43,299 nucleotides of DNA from Nitrospirota bacterium. GTDB taxonomy: Bacteria > Nitrospirota > Thermodesulfovibrionia > Thermodesulfovibrionales > SM23-35. Shown in pieces: positions 29,569-37,260 of this stretch. Numbering within the stretch: position 1 is the stretch's first letter; every line of letters begins with the position of its first letter. The stretch covers positions 1 through 43,299 of the forward strand of contig JACAEY010000087.1 of assembly GCA_013388605.1 (NCBI GenBank), written 5' to 3'. Position numbers and translations under genes: made by a program. The notes under the pieces are model-generated. The model saw only the letters and a program-made list of their open reading frames with translations. It had not been told where the DNA came from and did not search any database.

Positions 29569-29613
29569 TTTTGTAGGATAAATCCTACAAAAAAATCAGA
29601 CTTATACTGATAC
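29569..29613. repeat. Right copy of the 46-bp inverted repeat / bidirectional terminator
   Basis: TTTTGTAGGATAAATCCTACAAAAAAA-TCAGACTTATACTGATAC. It begins about 10 nt after the nitroreductase stop. Confidence 0.75.
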
Positions 29614-29692
29614 AATTCAGTCGCAATACTACTTTATAATTTTGTAAATTTTTAATATCAACCTATTAAATTTTAAAAAGGAGGTAGCTTTA

Positions 29693-30271
29693 ATGACATA
29701 TATTGCCAAGGATTATTCAAAACTCATTGGGATTGAAGGGTTCAGTGAGACTCTTTTAAAGAATCATTTTACTCTATACCAGGGGTATGTAACCAATACA
29801 AATAAGGTATTAGATACACTCAGACAGATGTTAAAGGATGGTAAGACCGGAATCCCGGAGTTTGCTGAACTTAAAAGAAGGGTTGGTTGGGAATTTAACG
29901 GAATGAGACTCCATGAATATTATTTCGAAAATCTTGGTGGAAAGGAAGAAATTAATGAAGAAGGGAGGCTTTATAGGAAAATTATAGAAGAATTTGGAAG
30001 CTATGAGATATGGGAGAAGGATTTTAAGGCGATAGGCACAATGAGAGGGATTGGGTGGGTAATTCTTTATCAGGACATATTTAATGGAGGTCTGATAAAC
30101 TTCTGGATCAATGAACATGATGTCTCGCATCCCTCTGGCTGTAATCCAATATTGATAATGGATGTATTTGAGCATGCTTATATGATTGACTACGGCTTAA
30201 AAAAGAGTGAATATATAGAGGCTTTTTTTAAGAACATAAACTGGTCTGCTCCAGAAGCAAGACTAAAATAA
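29693..30271 (+). CDS. Fe/Mn-family superoxide dismutase
   Basis: 192 aa. Candidate metal ligands are present (KNHF..., LHEYYF, DVFEHAYMIDY). The SD is AAAGGAGG. Confidence 0.88.
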   Translation: MTYIAKDYSKLIGIEGFSETLLKNHFTLYQGYVTNTNKVLDTLRQMLKDGKTGIPEFAELKRRVGWEFNGMRLHEYYFENLGGKEEINEEGRLYRKIIEEFGSYEIWEKDFKAIGTMRGIGWVILYQDIFNGGLINFWINEHDVSHPSGCNPILIMDVFEHAYMIDYGLKKSEYIEAFFKNINWSAPEARLK

Positions 30272-30295
30272 TAAAAATAATAATAGGAGGGTAAA

Positions 30296-30646
30296 ATGCC
30301 ATTTATTGAAGTTGAAGGGAAAAAAATTGAATTGGATGAGGATGATTTTCTTGTAAATTTTGATGATTGGGATGAAAAAGTTGCATGTGCAATTGCAGAT
30401 AAGTTGGGGGTTAGTAAGACATGTCCGCTCACAAAGGAGAAATTAGAAATCATAAAGTTTATGAGGGAATACTATAAGAAATTTAACGCTTTTCCTGTAC
30501 CCCGTTACATATGTAAAAATGTACATCAACCAAAGAATTGCACATATGAGGAGTTCTTTGACCCTCTTTCAGCATATAAGATTGCTGGGCTTCCCAGAGT
30601 TGTGGCTTATGGAGAAATTTTCGATGAGATAAGGAAACTTAAATAA
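30296..30646 (+). CDS. DsrC/TusE-family protein lacking the C-terminal catalytic cysteines
   Basis: 116 aa with the N-terminal pattern ...EVEGKKIELDEDDFLVNFDDWDEKVA..IA......LTKEKLEIIKFMREYYKKFN..P. The C-terminus reads YKIAGLPRVVAYGEIFDEIRKLK instead of C..AGLPKPTGCV. Confidence 0.8.
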   Translation: MPFIEVEGKKIELDEDDFLVNFDDWDEKVACAIADKLGVSKTCPLTKEKLEIIKFMREYYKKFNAFPVPRYICKNVHQPKNCTYEEFFDPLSAYKIAGLPRVVAYGEIFDEIRKLK

Positions 30647-30684
30647 ACAAAGGAAAGAGTTAAAACATAACAACGAGTAATGTA

Positions 30685-31194
30685 ATGAAGGCATTAATTA
30701 TAAGTACTGATAATTTTGAGGATTGTGAACTTCTTACACCTTTGTACAGGTTAAAAGAAGAAGGAATTAAAGTCGATGTCGCATCAATAAAAAAGGGAAA
30801 AATAAAAGGAAAGCATGGCTATGAAGTTGATGTTGATTTGACCCTTAAAGAGGTGAATCCTGATAATTATGACATACTTATTCTACCAGGCGGAAAAGCA
30901 CCTGAGGTTATTAGAAAAGAGAAAGAAGCTATTGAAATAGCAAAACACTTTTTTCAAAAGAATAAGCCTATATCAGCAATATGTCATGGTCCTCAGACAT
31001 TAATATCAGCTGGTTTACTTAAAGGTAGACATGCCACTTGTTATAAATCAGTAGCTCAGGAGATGATAAAAGCTGGTGCTATATATGAAGATAGAGAAGT
31101 TGTTGTTGATAAAAACCTTATAACCTCAAGACAGCCTTCTGATTTGCCAGCTTTTTTGAGAGAGACTATGAAGCTTCTGATGAAAAAGGGATAA
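30685..31194 (+). CDS. DJ-1/PfpI family protein (PfpI-type deglycase/peptidase)
   Basis: 169 aa with DFEDCEL..P, the LILPGG block and the nucleophile elbow AICHGP. Confidence 0.9.
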   Translation: MKALIISTDNFEDCELLTPLYRLKEEGIKVDVASIKKGKIKGKHGYEVDVDLTLKEVNPDNYDILILPGGKAPEVIRKEKEAIEIAKHFFQKNKPISAICHGPQTLISAGLLKGRHATCYKSVAQEMIKAGAIYEDREVVVDKNLITSRQPSDLPAFLRETMKLLMKKG

Positions 31195-31233
31195 AAAGAG
31201 AGCTTTCAAATCTCATTCTATAAATTGCCGTTT

Positions 31234-31371
31234 ATGAATAGACTTTCAAAAGAGAGATCACCTTATCTCAGACATTCTGCTTATCAGAAGATTGATTGGT
31301 ATCCTTGGTCTGAAGAGGCCTTTGAAAAAGCAAAAAAGGAGGATAAAATATCCTGCTACAACCTGTTTTGA
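31234..31371 (+). pseudogene. 5' fragment of a DUF255/YyaL-type thioredoxin-domain gene
   Basis: [38 protein letters not shown] matches the conserved N-terminus ([24 protein letters not shown]). Similarity stops at about 31347 and an out-of-context stop follows at 31369-31371. Confidence 0.65.
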
Positions 31372-31523
31372 ACCTTTTTGAAGTATATCTTCTAACGTAG
31401 GCTCAGTAGATATGGGTGTTACACGACGGTATATTGAAAAAATAGTGCCGATAGTAACATTCACATCTATATTAGATGATCCATCAAGTGGATCAAAAAT
31501 AAGGACATAATTACCTCCCGGAA
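31348..31523 (-). pseudogene. fbp: Internal fragment of class I fructose-1,6-bisphosphatase
   Basis: The minus strand encodes [58 protein letters not shown], which is the FBPase metal-binding block. Neither the N-terminal ~100 aa nor the C-terminal half is present. Confidence 0.7.
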
Positions 31524-31593
31524 TATAAAATTTATGTATATTTTGAAATCATAAAATTAAGAATTTTCCTTTTACGGAATTTTCCATTTTTTC

Positions 31594-31622
31594 CTTGACA
31601 TCAACAATATATTGTGGTTTAA
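31594..31622 (+). promoter_or_regulatory. Putative sigma70 promoter of nrdJ with an NrdR-box-like palindrome in the spacer
   Basis: TTGACA (31594-31599), a 17-nt spacer, then TTTAAT (31617-31622). The spacer contains CAACAATATATTGTGG (31601-31616), which resembles the 16-bp NrdR box consensus acaCwAtATaTwGtgt. Confidence 0.45.
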
Positions 31623-31690
31623 TTACATCCTAAATACAAAATTTAGAACTTAAATTAAGAATTTTCTTATAAAATATGGAGGTAAACTTT

Positions 31691-33916
31691 ATGGAAATGG
31701 TTAATGGTATTAGTCTTACACCTAATAGTTTGAAAGTCCTTGAGAAGAGATACCTCAAAAGGGATGAAAGGGGGAAGGTTGTCGAGACTCCTGAAGAGCT
31801 TTTCAGACGTGTAGCAAAGGCAGTTGCCTCGGCAGATCATGAATACGGTAGCTCAGAGAATGAGGTCAAGACTCTTGAAGAGAAATTCTATGAGATGATG
31901 ACATCTCTTTCTTTTCTACCTAATAGTCCAACACTAATGAATGCAGGAAGAAGGCTGGGGCAGTTGAGCGCATGTTTTGTTTTGCCTATTGAGGACTCGA
32001 TGGAGTCAATCTTTGATGCAGTGAAAAATGCTGCTATCATCCATAAGAGCGGTGGGGGCACAGGTTTCAGTTTCTCAAGACTGAGACCAAAAGGTGATGT
32101 TGTCGGTTCTACAAAAGGTATCTCTTCAGGACCTGTATCTTTCATGACTGTCTTTGATACTGCAACAGAGGCTGTTAAACAGGGTGGGACAAGAAGAGGT
32201 GCTAATATGGGTATTCTAAGAGTCGACCACCCTGATATCATTTCTTTTATTACTTCAAAACAAGATAATTCAAGATTGAATAACTTTAATATCTCTGTTG
32301 CTTTAACAGATGATTTTATGAGTGCTGTTAAGGAGGACAGGACATATGACCTTATAAATCCAAGAACAAAAGAAAAGACAGAAACACTAAAAGCAAGAGA
32401 TGTATTCAATCTAATAGTTGAGAACGCTTGGAAAAATGGTGAGCCGGGTATCGTTTTTATAGACAGGGTAAACGATTTAAACCCTACTCCGCTTTTAGGA
32501 AAAATAGAATCGACTAATCCATGCGGTGAACAACCACTTCTTCCTTATGAGTCATGTAATCTCGGTTCCATAAACCTTGCAAGGATGGTGAAAAATGGAA
32601 GGATAGACTGGAATAGACTTAAAGAGATTGTTTGGATGGCAGTTCATTTTCTGGATAACGTCATAGATATAAACAAATACCCTATTCAGATAATAGAGGA
32701 GATGACAAAGGCAAACAGAAAAATCGGACTTGGTATTATGGGATGGGCAGATATGCTTATCTGCCTTGGAATTCCATACAACTCAGATGAGGCTTTAAAA
32801 CTTGCAGAAGAGGTGATGGGATTTATACAAAAAGAAGGCAGGGCGGCTTCGAGCAAATTAGCTGAACAAAGGGGGACATTCTCTAACTATGAAGGAAGTA
32901 TTTATGACGGCAAAGTAAGAGTAAGGAATGCAACGATAACGACAATAGCTCCAACAGGTACACTTTCTATAATTGCTGGCTGTTCATCTGGTATAGAACC
33001 GATCTTTGCGATCTCTTATGTTCGGACTGTGATGGAGGGGACAAAGCTGATAGAAGTAAACCCCTATTTTGAGAAGGTAGCAAAAGAGGGAGGGTTCTGG
33101 GGAAGAGAATTGATGGAAAGGATTGCAGAAAAAGGTTCCATACAGGAATTTAAAGAGATACCAGAAGATCTCAAGCGGCTCTTTATTACTGCCCATGATA
33201 TTACCCCTCATGAACATATAAGGATGCAGGCAGCTTTCCAGAAATATGTGGATAATGCAGTCTCAAAGACCGTGAACTTCCCACATTGTGCAACTAAAGA
33301 GGATGTTAAGGAGGTGTATCTTCTTGCATACGAACTTGGGTGTAAAGGTGTTACTGTTTATAGAGATGGCTCAAGAGAGGAACAGGTTCTCTCAAAGGGT
33401 GAGAAAGAAGTCAGTGGTCAGAAAGCAAAAATAACTCCGAGGAAAAGGCCTGAGGTAATAAATGGTTCAACACGATTAATGAAGACAGGTTGTGGTAATC
33501 TCTACGTTACTATTAATGAGGACGAAGAAGGTCATTTATTTGAACTTTTTACATCTATGGGAAAGGCTGGTGGCTGTGCTGCTAGCCAGTCTGAGGCGAT
33601 TGGAAGGCTTGTGTCTCTTGCATTCAGATCTAATATTGAGCCTGATGAAGTCATTAAGCAACTTAAAGGTATTTCATGCCACTCACATGTCTGGGTTGAA
33701 GGTGGGAAGATAACTTCCTGCTCAGATGCGATAGCAAAGGCACTTGAGAAATATCTTCTAAGACGAAGGAATGGGAACGGCGACAGTGAAAAGATTTATA
33801 AATCCGCCCCAGGCGGAATTATGTTTATTGGCAGATGCCCTGAGTGTGGAGGTGCTGTTGAGCATGAATCGGGCTGTGCTGTCTGCCACAATTGCGGATT
33901 CACAAAGTGCGGATAA
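31691..33916 (+). CDS. nrdJ: Class II adenosylcobalamin-dependent ribonucleotide reductase, full length with TSCPD-like domain and Cys-rich tail
   Basis: I chose ATG 31691, 8 nt after GGAGG; the track ATG 31676 is part of that SD. Motifs are STNPCGEQPLLPYESC, KTGCGNLYVT and ITSCSDAI. The C-terminal CPECGG...CAVCHNCG is zinc-ribbon-like. Confidence 0.93.
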   Translation: MEMVNGISLTPNSLKVLEKRYLKRDERGKVVETPEELFRRVAKAVASADHEYGSSENEVKTLEEKFYEMMTSLSFLPNSPTLMNAGRRLGQLSACFVLPIEDSMESIFDAVKNAAIIHKSGGGTGFSFSRLRPKGDVVGSTKGISSGPVSFMTVFDTATEAVKQGGTRRGANMGILRVDHPDIISFITSKQDNSRLNNFNISVALTDDFMSAVKEDRTYDLINPRTKEKTETLKARDVFNLIVENAWKNGEPGIVFIDRVNDLNPTPLLGKIESTNPCGEQPLLPYESCNLGSINLARMVKNGRIDWNRLKEIVWMAVHFLDNVIDINKYPIQIIEEMTKANRKIGLGIMGWADMLICLGIPYNSDEALKLAEEVMGFIQKEGRAASSKLAEQRGTFSNYEGSIYDGKVRVRNATITTIAPTGTLSIIAGCSSGIEPIFAISYVRTVMEGTKLIEVNPYFEKVAKEGGFWGRELMERIAEKGSIQEFKEIPEDLKRLFITAHDITPHEHIRMQAAFQKYVDNAVSKTVNFPHCATKEDVKEVYLLAYELGCKGVTVYRDGSREEQVLSKGEKEVSGQKAKITPRKRPEVINGSTRLMKTGCGNLYVTINEDEEGHLFELFTSMGKAGGCAASQSEAIGRLVSLAFRSNIEPDEVIKQLKGISCHSHVWVEGGKITSCSDAIAKALEKYLLRRRNGNGDSEKIYKSAPGGIMFIGRCPECGGAVEHESGCAVCHNCGFTKCG

Positions 33917-34011
33917 AAAAGGGTGATTTTTGTCACTTCTTTATCTTTAATTGCTCATTTATATTTGAAATGTACATATAATTGAATGGAGTAAATTTGA
34001 ATAGGGATTAT

Positions 34012-34335
34012 ATGAAAAGGATTATTTCTTTAGTAGGCATGTTTTCTTTGTTATTTTCTTTTTCAGTTAAAGTTATTGCTTACGAAAAGAATGAAAATAA
34101 AACAGCCTTCCGTTATTACTGCACGGGAAGATACAAAGAGGCAATAAGACTCTTTAAGGATTATGCAAAAGAAAAACCAGATTCTACTATATATTATTAC
34201 ATCGGATATGCATTATATAAAACAGGAAAATTTGAAGAAGCAAATAAATATTTCAAGATGGCTTATTTACTTGACCCCATGTTTTCTCCTATACAGGTTT
34301 TTTCTCACCAAAAAATAGGAAGACACAAAAAGTAA
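34012..34335 (+). CDS. Small secreted TPR-like protein
   Basis: MKRIISLVGMFSLLFSFSVKVIA is a signal peptide. Two TPR-like helix pairs follow (YKEAIRLFKDY..., GKFEEANKYFKMAYLLDP). The track start TTG 33982 is less likely. Confidence 0.6.
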   Translation: MKRIISLVGMFSLLFSFSVKVIAYEKNENKTAFRYYCTGRYKEAIRLFKDYAKEKPDSTIYYYIGYALYKTGKFEEANKYFKMAYLLDPMFSPIQVFSHQKIGRHKK

Positions 34336-34455
34336 TTAGAAAATAATTAGTTATAGTAAAAACTCGAAGGTTCTATTAACTTTTTTTGATGATGTCCCAT
34401 CTTTTAAAAAAATTTTTGTATAATAACAGAAATTTTTAAAGAAGGAGGAGTTAAT

Positions 34456-34692
34456 ATGGCTGAGGCAATGGTTGTAACCTATGAATGCAATCAGTGTGGG
34501 ACAGAGGTTGTTGTTACAGAGACACTTGAAACAAAACTGAGCCCTATTTACTGTTGTGGGATGGAGATAACAAAGGTGTCTTCTGTACCTAAGAATATTG
34601 TAAAACCAAAAAAGAAAGTGGTGAAAAGGGTAGTGAAGAAAGGGGTCAAAGGGACTAAAAAGAAAATTTCAAAAAAGAAACCAAAGAAATAG
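34456..34692 (+). CDS. Desulforedoxin-like (CxxC...CC) domain protein with lysine-rich C-terminal tail
   Basis: 78 aa. YECNQCGTEVVVTETLETKLSPIYCCGMEITKV parallels the desulforedoxin pattern Y.C..CG..V.V......L.CCG..M. The tail is KPKKKVVKRVVKKGVKGTKKKISKKKPKK. The SD is a strong AAGGAGG. Confidence 0.7.
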   Translation: MAEAMVVTYECNQCGTEVVVTETLETKLSPIYCCGMEITKVSSVPKNIVKPKKKVVKRVVKKGVKGTKKKISKKKPKK

Positions 34693-35436
34693 CTAAGTTT
34701 CCCGACCCTTTTGTTTTATTTCGGATATACCACTCAAAGGATCTTCAGGTTCGGGCAAATACCATCTTAAGATATCTTTAGACATATGGACTGAAATTCC
34801 ATATGCACTCAAGATTTTAAAGAGCGGTCTTCCAAAAATAAAGGGTTCGAACTCAGACTTCAGCCCTAATTCAGAAAGGGCATATGAACGTATTGTAATG
34901 TCCTTATTCACATAATCTTTCAGTTTAACAAGTAATTTTGATTTATTTTTCTCTTGTGGCAGGGCATAAAGAAGGTTATTTATCTCATTAAAGGGGCATT
35001 CTTTTTCATGAGTTTCTATGATTGATAAAATCGGGTCATCACGATTGATAATATCTTTGCGCATTAAAGTATCTCTACCAATAATTGAGATAAGGTCAGA
35101 ATTATCCCAGCATTTTAGGAGACGACATTCAAGGAAACGATTTTCGTAAATTATACATGAAGATTCTTTTACATTATAAAAGTAACATGACCAATCATTT
35201 CCTTTCCCCTTTATCTTTATTAGCTCTGTCTCTGATGGTTCGATCCTATTTTTTAGAGGATTGAATGCCAGTTCGTCTTTTCTTATGGTTACAAGATGAT
35301 GATAACCAACATATCCTGAGACAAGTATTTTTTTATCTTGATTGTGAAGGACTGGTCCACCTTTCATACAACATGTCCCACACCTTGTACACATATCTCT
35401 CAGGATTTTTTTCTCCTCTTTATTTTTACTTTTCAT
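34693..35436 (-). CDS. YkgJ-family (UPF0153, CxxCxxCC) cysteine-cluster protein with C-terminal extension
   Basis: 247 aa with CTRCGTCC near the N-terminus, then C.FY....C.IYE.R...CR..KC. Confidence 0.78.
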   Translation of the reverse strand: MKSKNKEEKKILRDMCTRCGTCCMKGGPVLHNQDKKILVSGYVGYHHLVTIRKDELAFNPLKNRIEPSETELIKIKGKGNDWSCYFYNVKESSCIIYENRFLECRLLKCWDNSDLISIIGRDTLMRKDIINRDDPILSIIETHEKECPFNEINNLLYALPQEKNKSKLLVKLKDYVNKDITIRSYALSELGLKSEFEPFIFGRPLFKILSAYGISVHMSKDILRWYLPEPEDPLSGISEIKQKGRET

Positions 35437-35542
35437 AAAATGTGTAAGAGGTTTTTACTGTTTTTTATGTAAACTATTATAATAAACCTTTCAGAAGTGG
35501 AGTTATTATTTAAAGGGATATGAAAGAAAAGAAGTTGTAAAT

Positions 35543-35881
35543 CTAAAGTCCGAGAGCCTCGCTTATCTTCTTTCTCTGTTTTTCTATTACCTTTTGTCCC
35601 TGTTCGAGGGCTGATAAGATCTCTTTCTTTGCACTTTCTGATAACTCTTTGCCCCGGTCAATAATATCTTCTGCTTTATCTTTTACATCAACAGTGAAAT
35701 CACTTACACTCTCAACAATATCCTCAACAAGGTCAATAGCACCCTTCTTAACCTTTTTTGCTGTCTTTGAAATATCCCTCCTTGTTTCACGACCTGATTG
35801 AGGTGCATAGAGTAAGGCAACGGCCGCACCTATTAGACCACCCAAAAGAAAGGCTCCTAAGATTTTTATATCTCTATTCAT
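35543..35881 (-). CDS. YtxH-domain protein
   Basis: MNRDIKILGAFLLGGLIGAAVALLYAPQSGRETRRDI followed by a coiled-coil. I chose ATG 35881, preceded by GGAGGG-TGTT. The track ATG 35893 forms part of that SD. Confidence 0.8.
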   Translation of the reverse strand: MNRDIKILGAFLLGGLIGAAVALLYAPQSGRETRRDISKTAKKVKKGAIDLVEDIVESVSDFTVDVKDKAEDIIDRGKELSESAKKEILSALEQGQKVIEKQRKKISEALGL

Positions 35882-35992
35882 AACACCCTCCATTAAGAAA
35901 TATCCTTAGATTAATACAAATAAAAGAGAGAGTCAACCTTTCCGATAGACAATTTTTGTAAACTAAAATATTATTAATATGGGGGAAAATAT

Positions 35993-37108
35993 ATGAATGT
36001 GACTTTATTACAGGGTTCATGGAAGATTTTTACAATATGGGGGATACCCATAAGGATTCATTTTTCGTGGCTAATTGTCTTTGGATTAATAACATGGTCT
36101 TTATCAACCTACTATTTTCCAAAAGTAGCTCCAGAGCTTCCAGCTTCATCTCAATGGATAAAAGGTGCTGTAGGGGCATTGCTTCTGTTTTCTTCTGTTA
36201 CATTCCACGAACTTGCACACTCCTTTGTCTCAAGAAAATATAGGATAACGATTCTCAGTATTACACTTTTTATCTTTGGTGGTGTTGCCCAGATGAAGGG
36301 TGAACCACCAACTCCGAAAGCAGAAATGGGAATAGCAATAGCAGGTCCGCTTTCAAGCTTTCTTCTATCGGGGGTTTTTTTTATGATCTATGTTGTTGCT
36401 TCGAGCTCAGGCGTAAAAGCCCTCTATAGTTATCTCGCACAGATTAATCTTATACTCGGCATATTCAATCTAATTCCGGGTTTTCCAATGGATGGTGGAA
36501 GGGTTTTGAGGGCAATAATCTGGGAGAAGACAAAAGATTATTTTCACGCAACTAAAAGAGCATCAGAAATCGGGCAAGGGATTGCACTTTTTTTCATCTT
36601 TTTTGGATTATTTTCTATTCTTACAGGTTTTACAGGAGGTTTCTGGTTGATGTTAATTGGCTGGTTTCTTTATACAGCAGCACAATCAAGCTTTCAGCAG
36701 GCAAGCTTTCAAGAAGCCCTTTCAGGTGTGAAGGTAAAAGATGTGATGTCAAGAAATATTGTAACTCTCAACTCATCCATTACAGTTGATGAAGCAGTTA
36801 ATAACTATTTTCTCAAATATGGCTATGGAGGATTCCCTGTTTTTGAAGACGACAGATTTTTGGGAATAGTAACTTTGAAAGAGATAAGAAATGTTCCAAG
36901 ACATAATTGGATGAAAATAAAAGTTCATGAAATCTTGATTCCGCGCAAGAGTGAGTGGGAAGTCTCACCTGAAGATGATGCCCTTAAAGCCCTTGAATTG
37001 ATGATTATGAAAGATAAAGGAAGGCTTGCGGTAACAGATAATGATAAAATTATAGGCTTAATTACAAGAAATGGGATTGCAAGATATATTCAGATTTTGA
37101 AGAAATAA
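35993..37108 (+). CDS. Site-2 protease family (M50) metalloprotease with C-terminal CBS pair
   Basis: 371 aa with HELAHSF (HExxH), NLIPGFPMDGGR, multiple TM helices and two CBS motifs. Confidence 0.9.
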   Translation: MNVTLLQGSWKIFTIWGIPIRIHFSWLIVFGLITWSLSTYYFPKVAPELPASSQWIKGAVGALLLFSSVTFHELAHSFVSRKYRITILSITLFIFGGVAQMKGEPPTPKAEMGIAIAGPLSSFLLSGVFFMIYVVASSSGVKALYSYLAQINLILGIFNLIPGFPMDGGRVLRAIIWEKTKDYFHATKRASEIGQGIALFFIFFGLFSILTGFTGGFWLMLIGWFLYTAAQSSFQQASFQEALSGVKVKDVMSRNIVTLNSSITVDEAVNNYFLKYGYGGFPVFEDDRFLGIVTLKEIRNVPRHNWMKIKVHEILIPRKSEWEVSPEDDALKALELMIMKDKGRLAVTDNDKIIGLITRNGIARYIQILKK

Positions 37109-37216
37109 ATAGACAATACTACTACGTGATAATAAAGAACAAAATAACTTGTCCAAAAGAGCATTTTCTAATCATTAAGCCATAAAATATCTTATAGAGA
37201 GATGAAAGAACAGCAA

Positions 37217-37247
37217 CTTTCAGGGATGGGTTTACCATCCCTGAAAG
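37217..37247. terminator. Bidirectional hairpin terminator between convergent genes
   Basis: CTTTCAGGGATGG-GTTTA-CCATCCCTGAAAG is a 13-bp stem. T-rich sequence follows on the plus strand. Confidence 0.6.
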
Positions 37248-37260
37248 TTTATTTAGTAAA

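Noticed and set aside
27239-29613. The repeated 46-mers as a CRISPR array or attL/attR
   Set aside because: There are only two copies, they are inverted rather than direct, they lie 2.3 kb apart and they have terminator structure. No cas or integrase genes are present.
31258-31464. 68-aa minus-strand ORF as a real gene
   Set aside because: Its conserved part is an internal FBPase fragment and the rest is read-through into the DUF255 relic. I treat it as a pseudogene.
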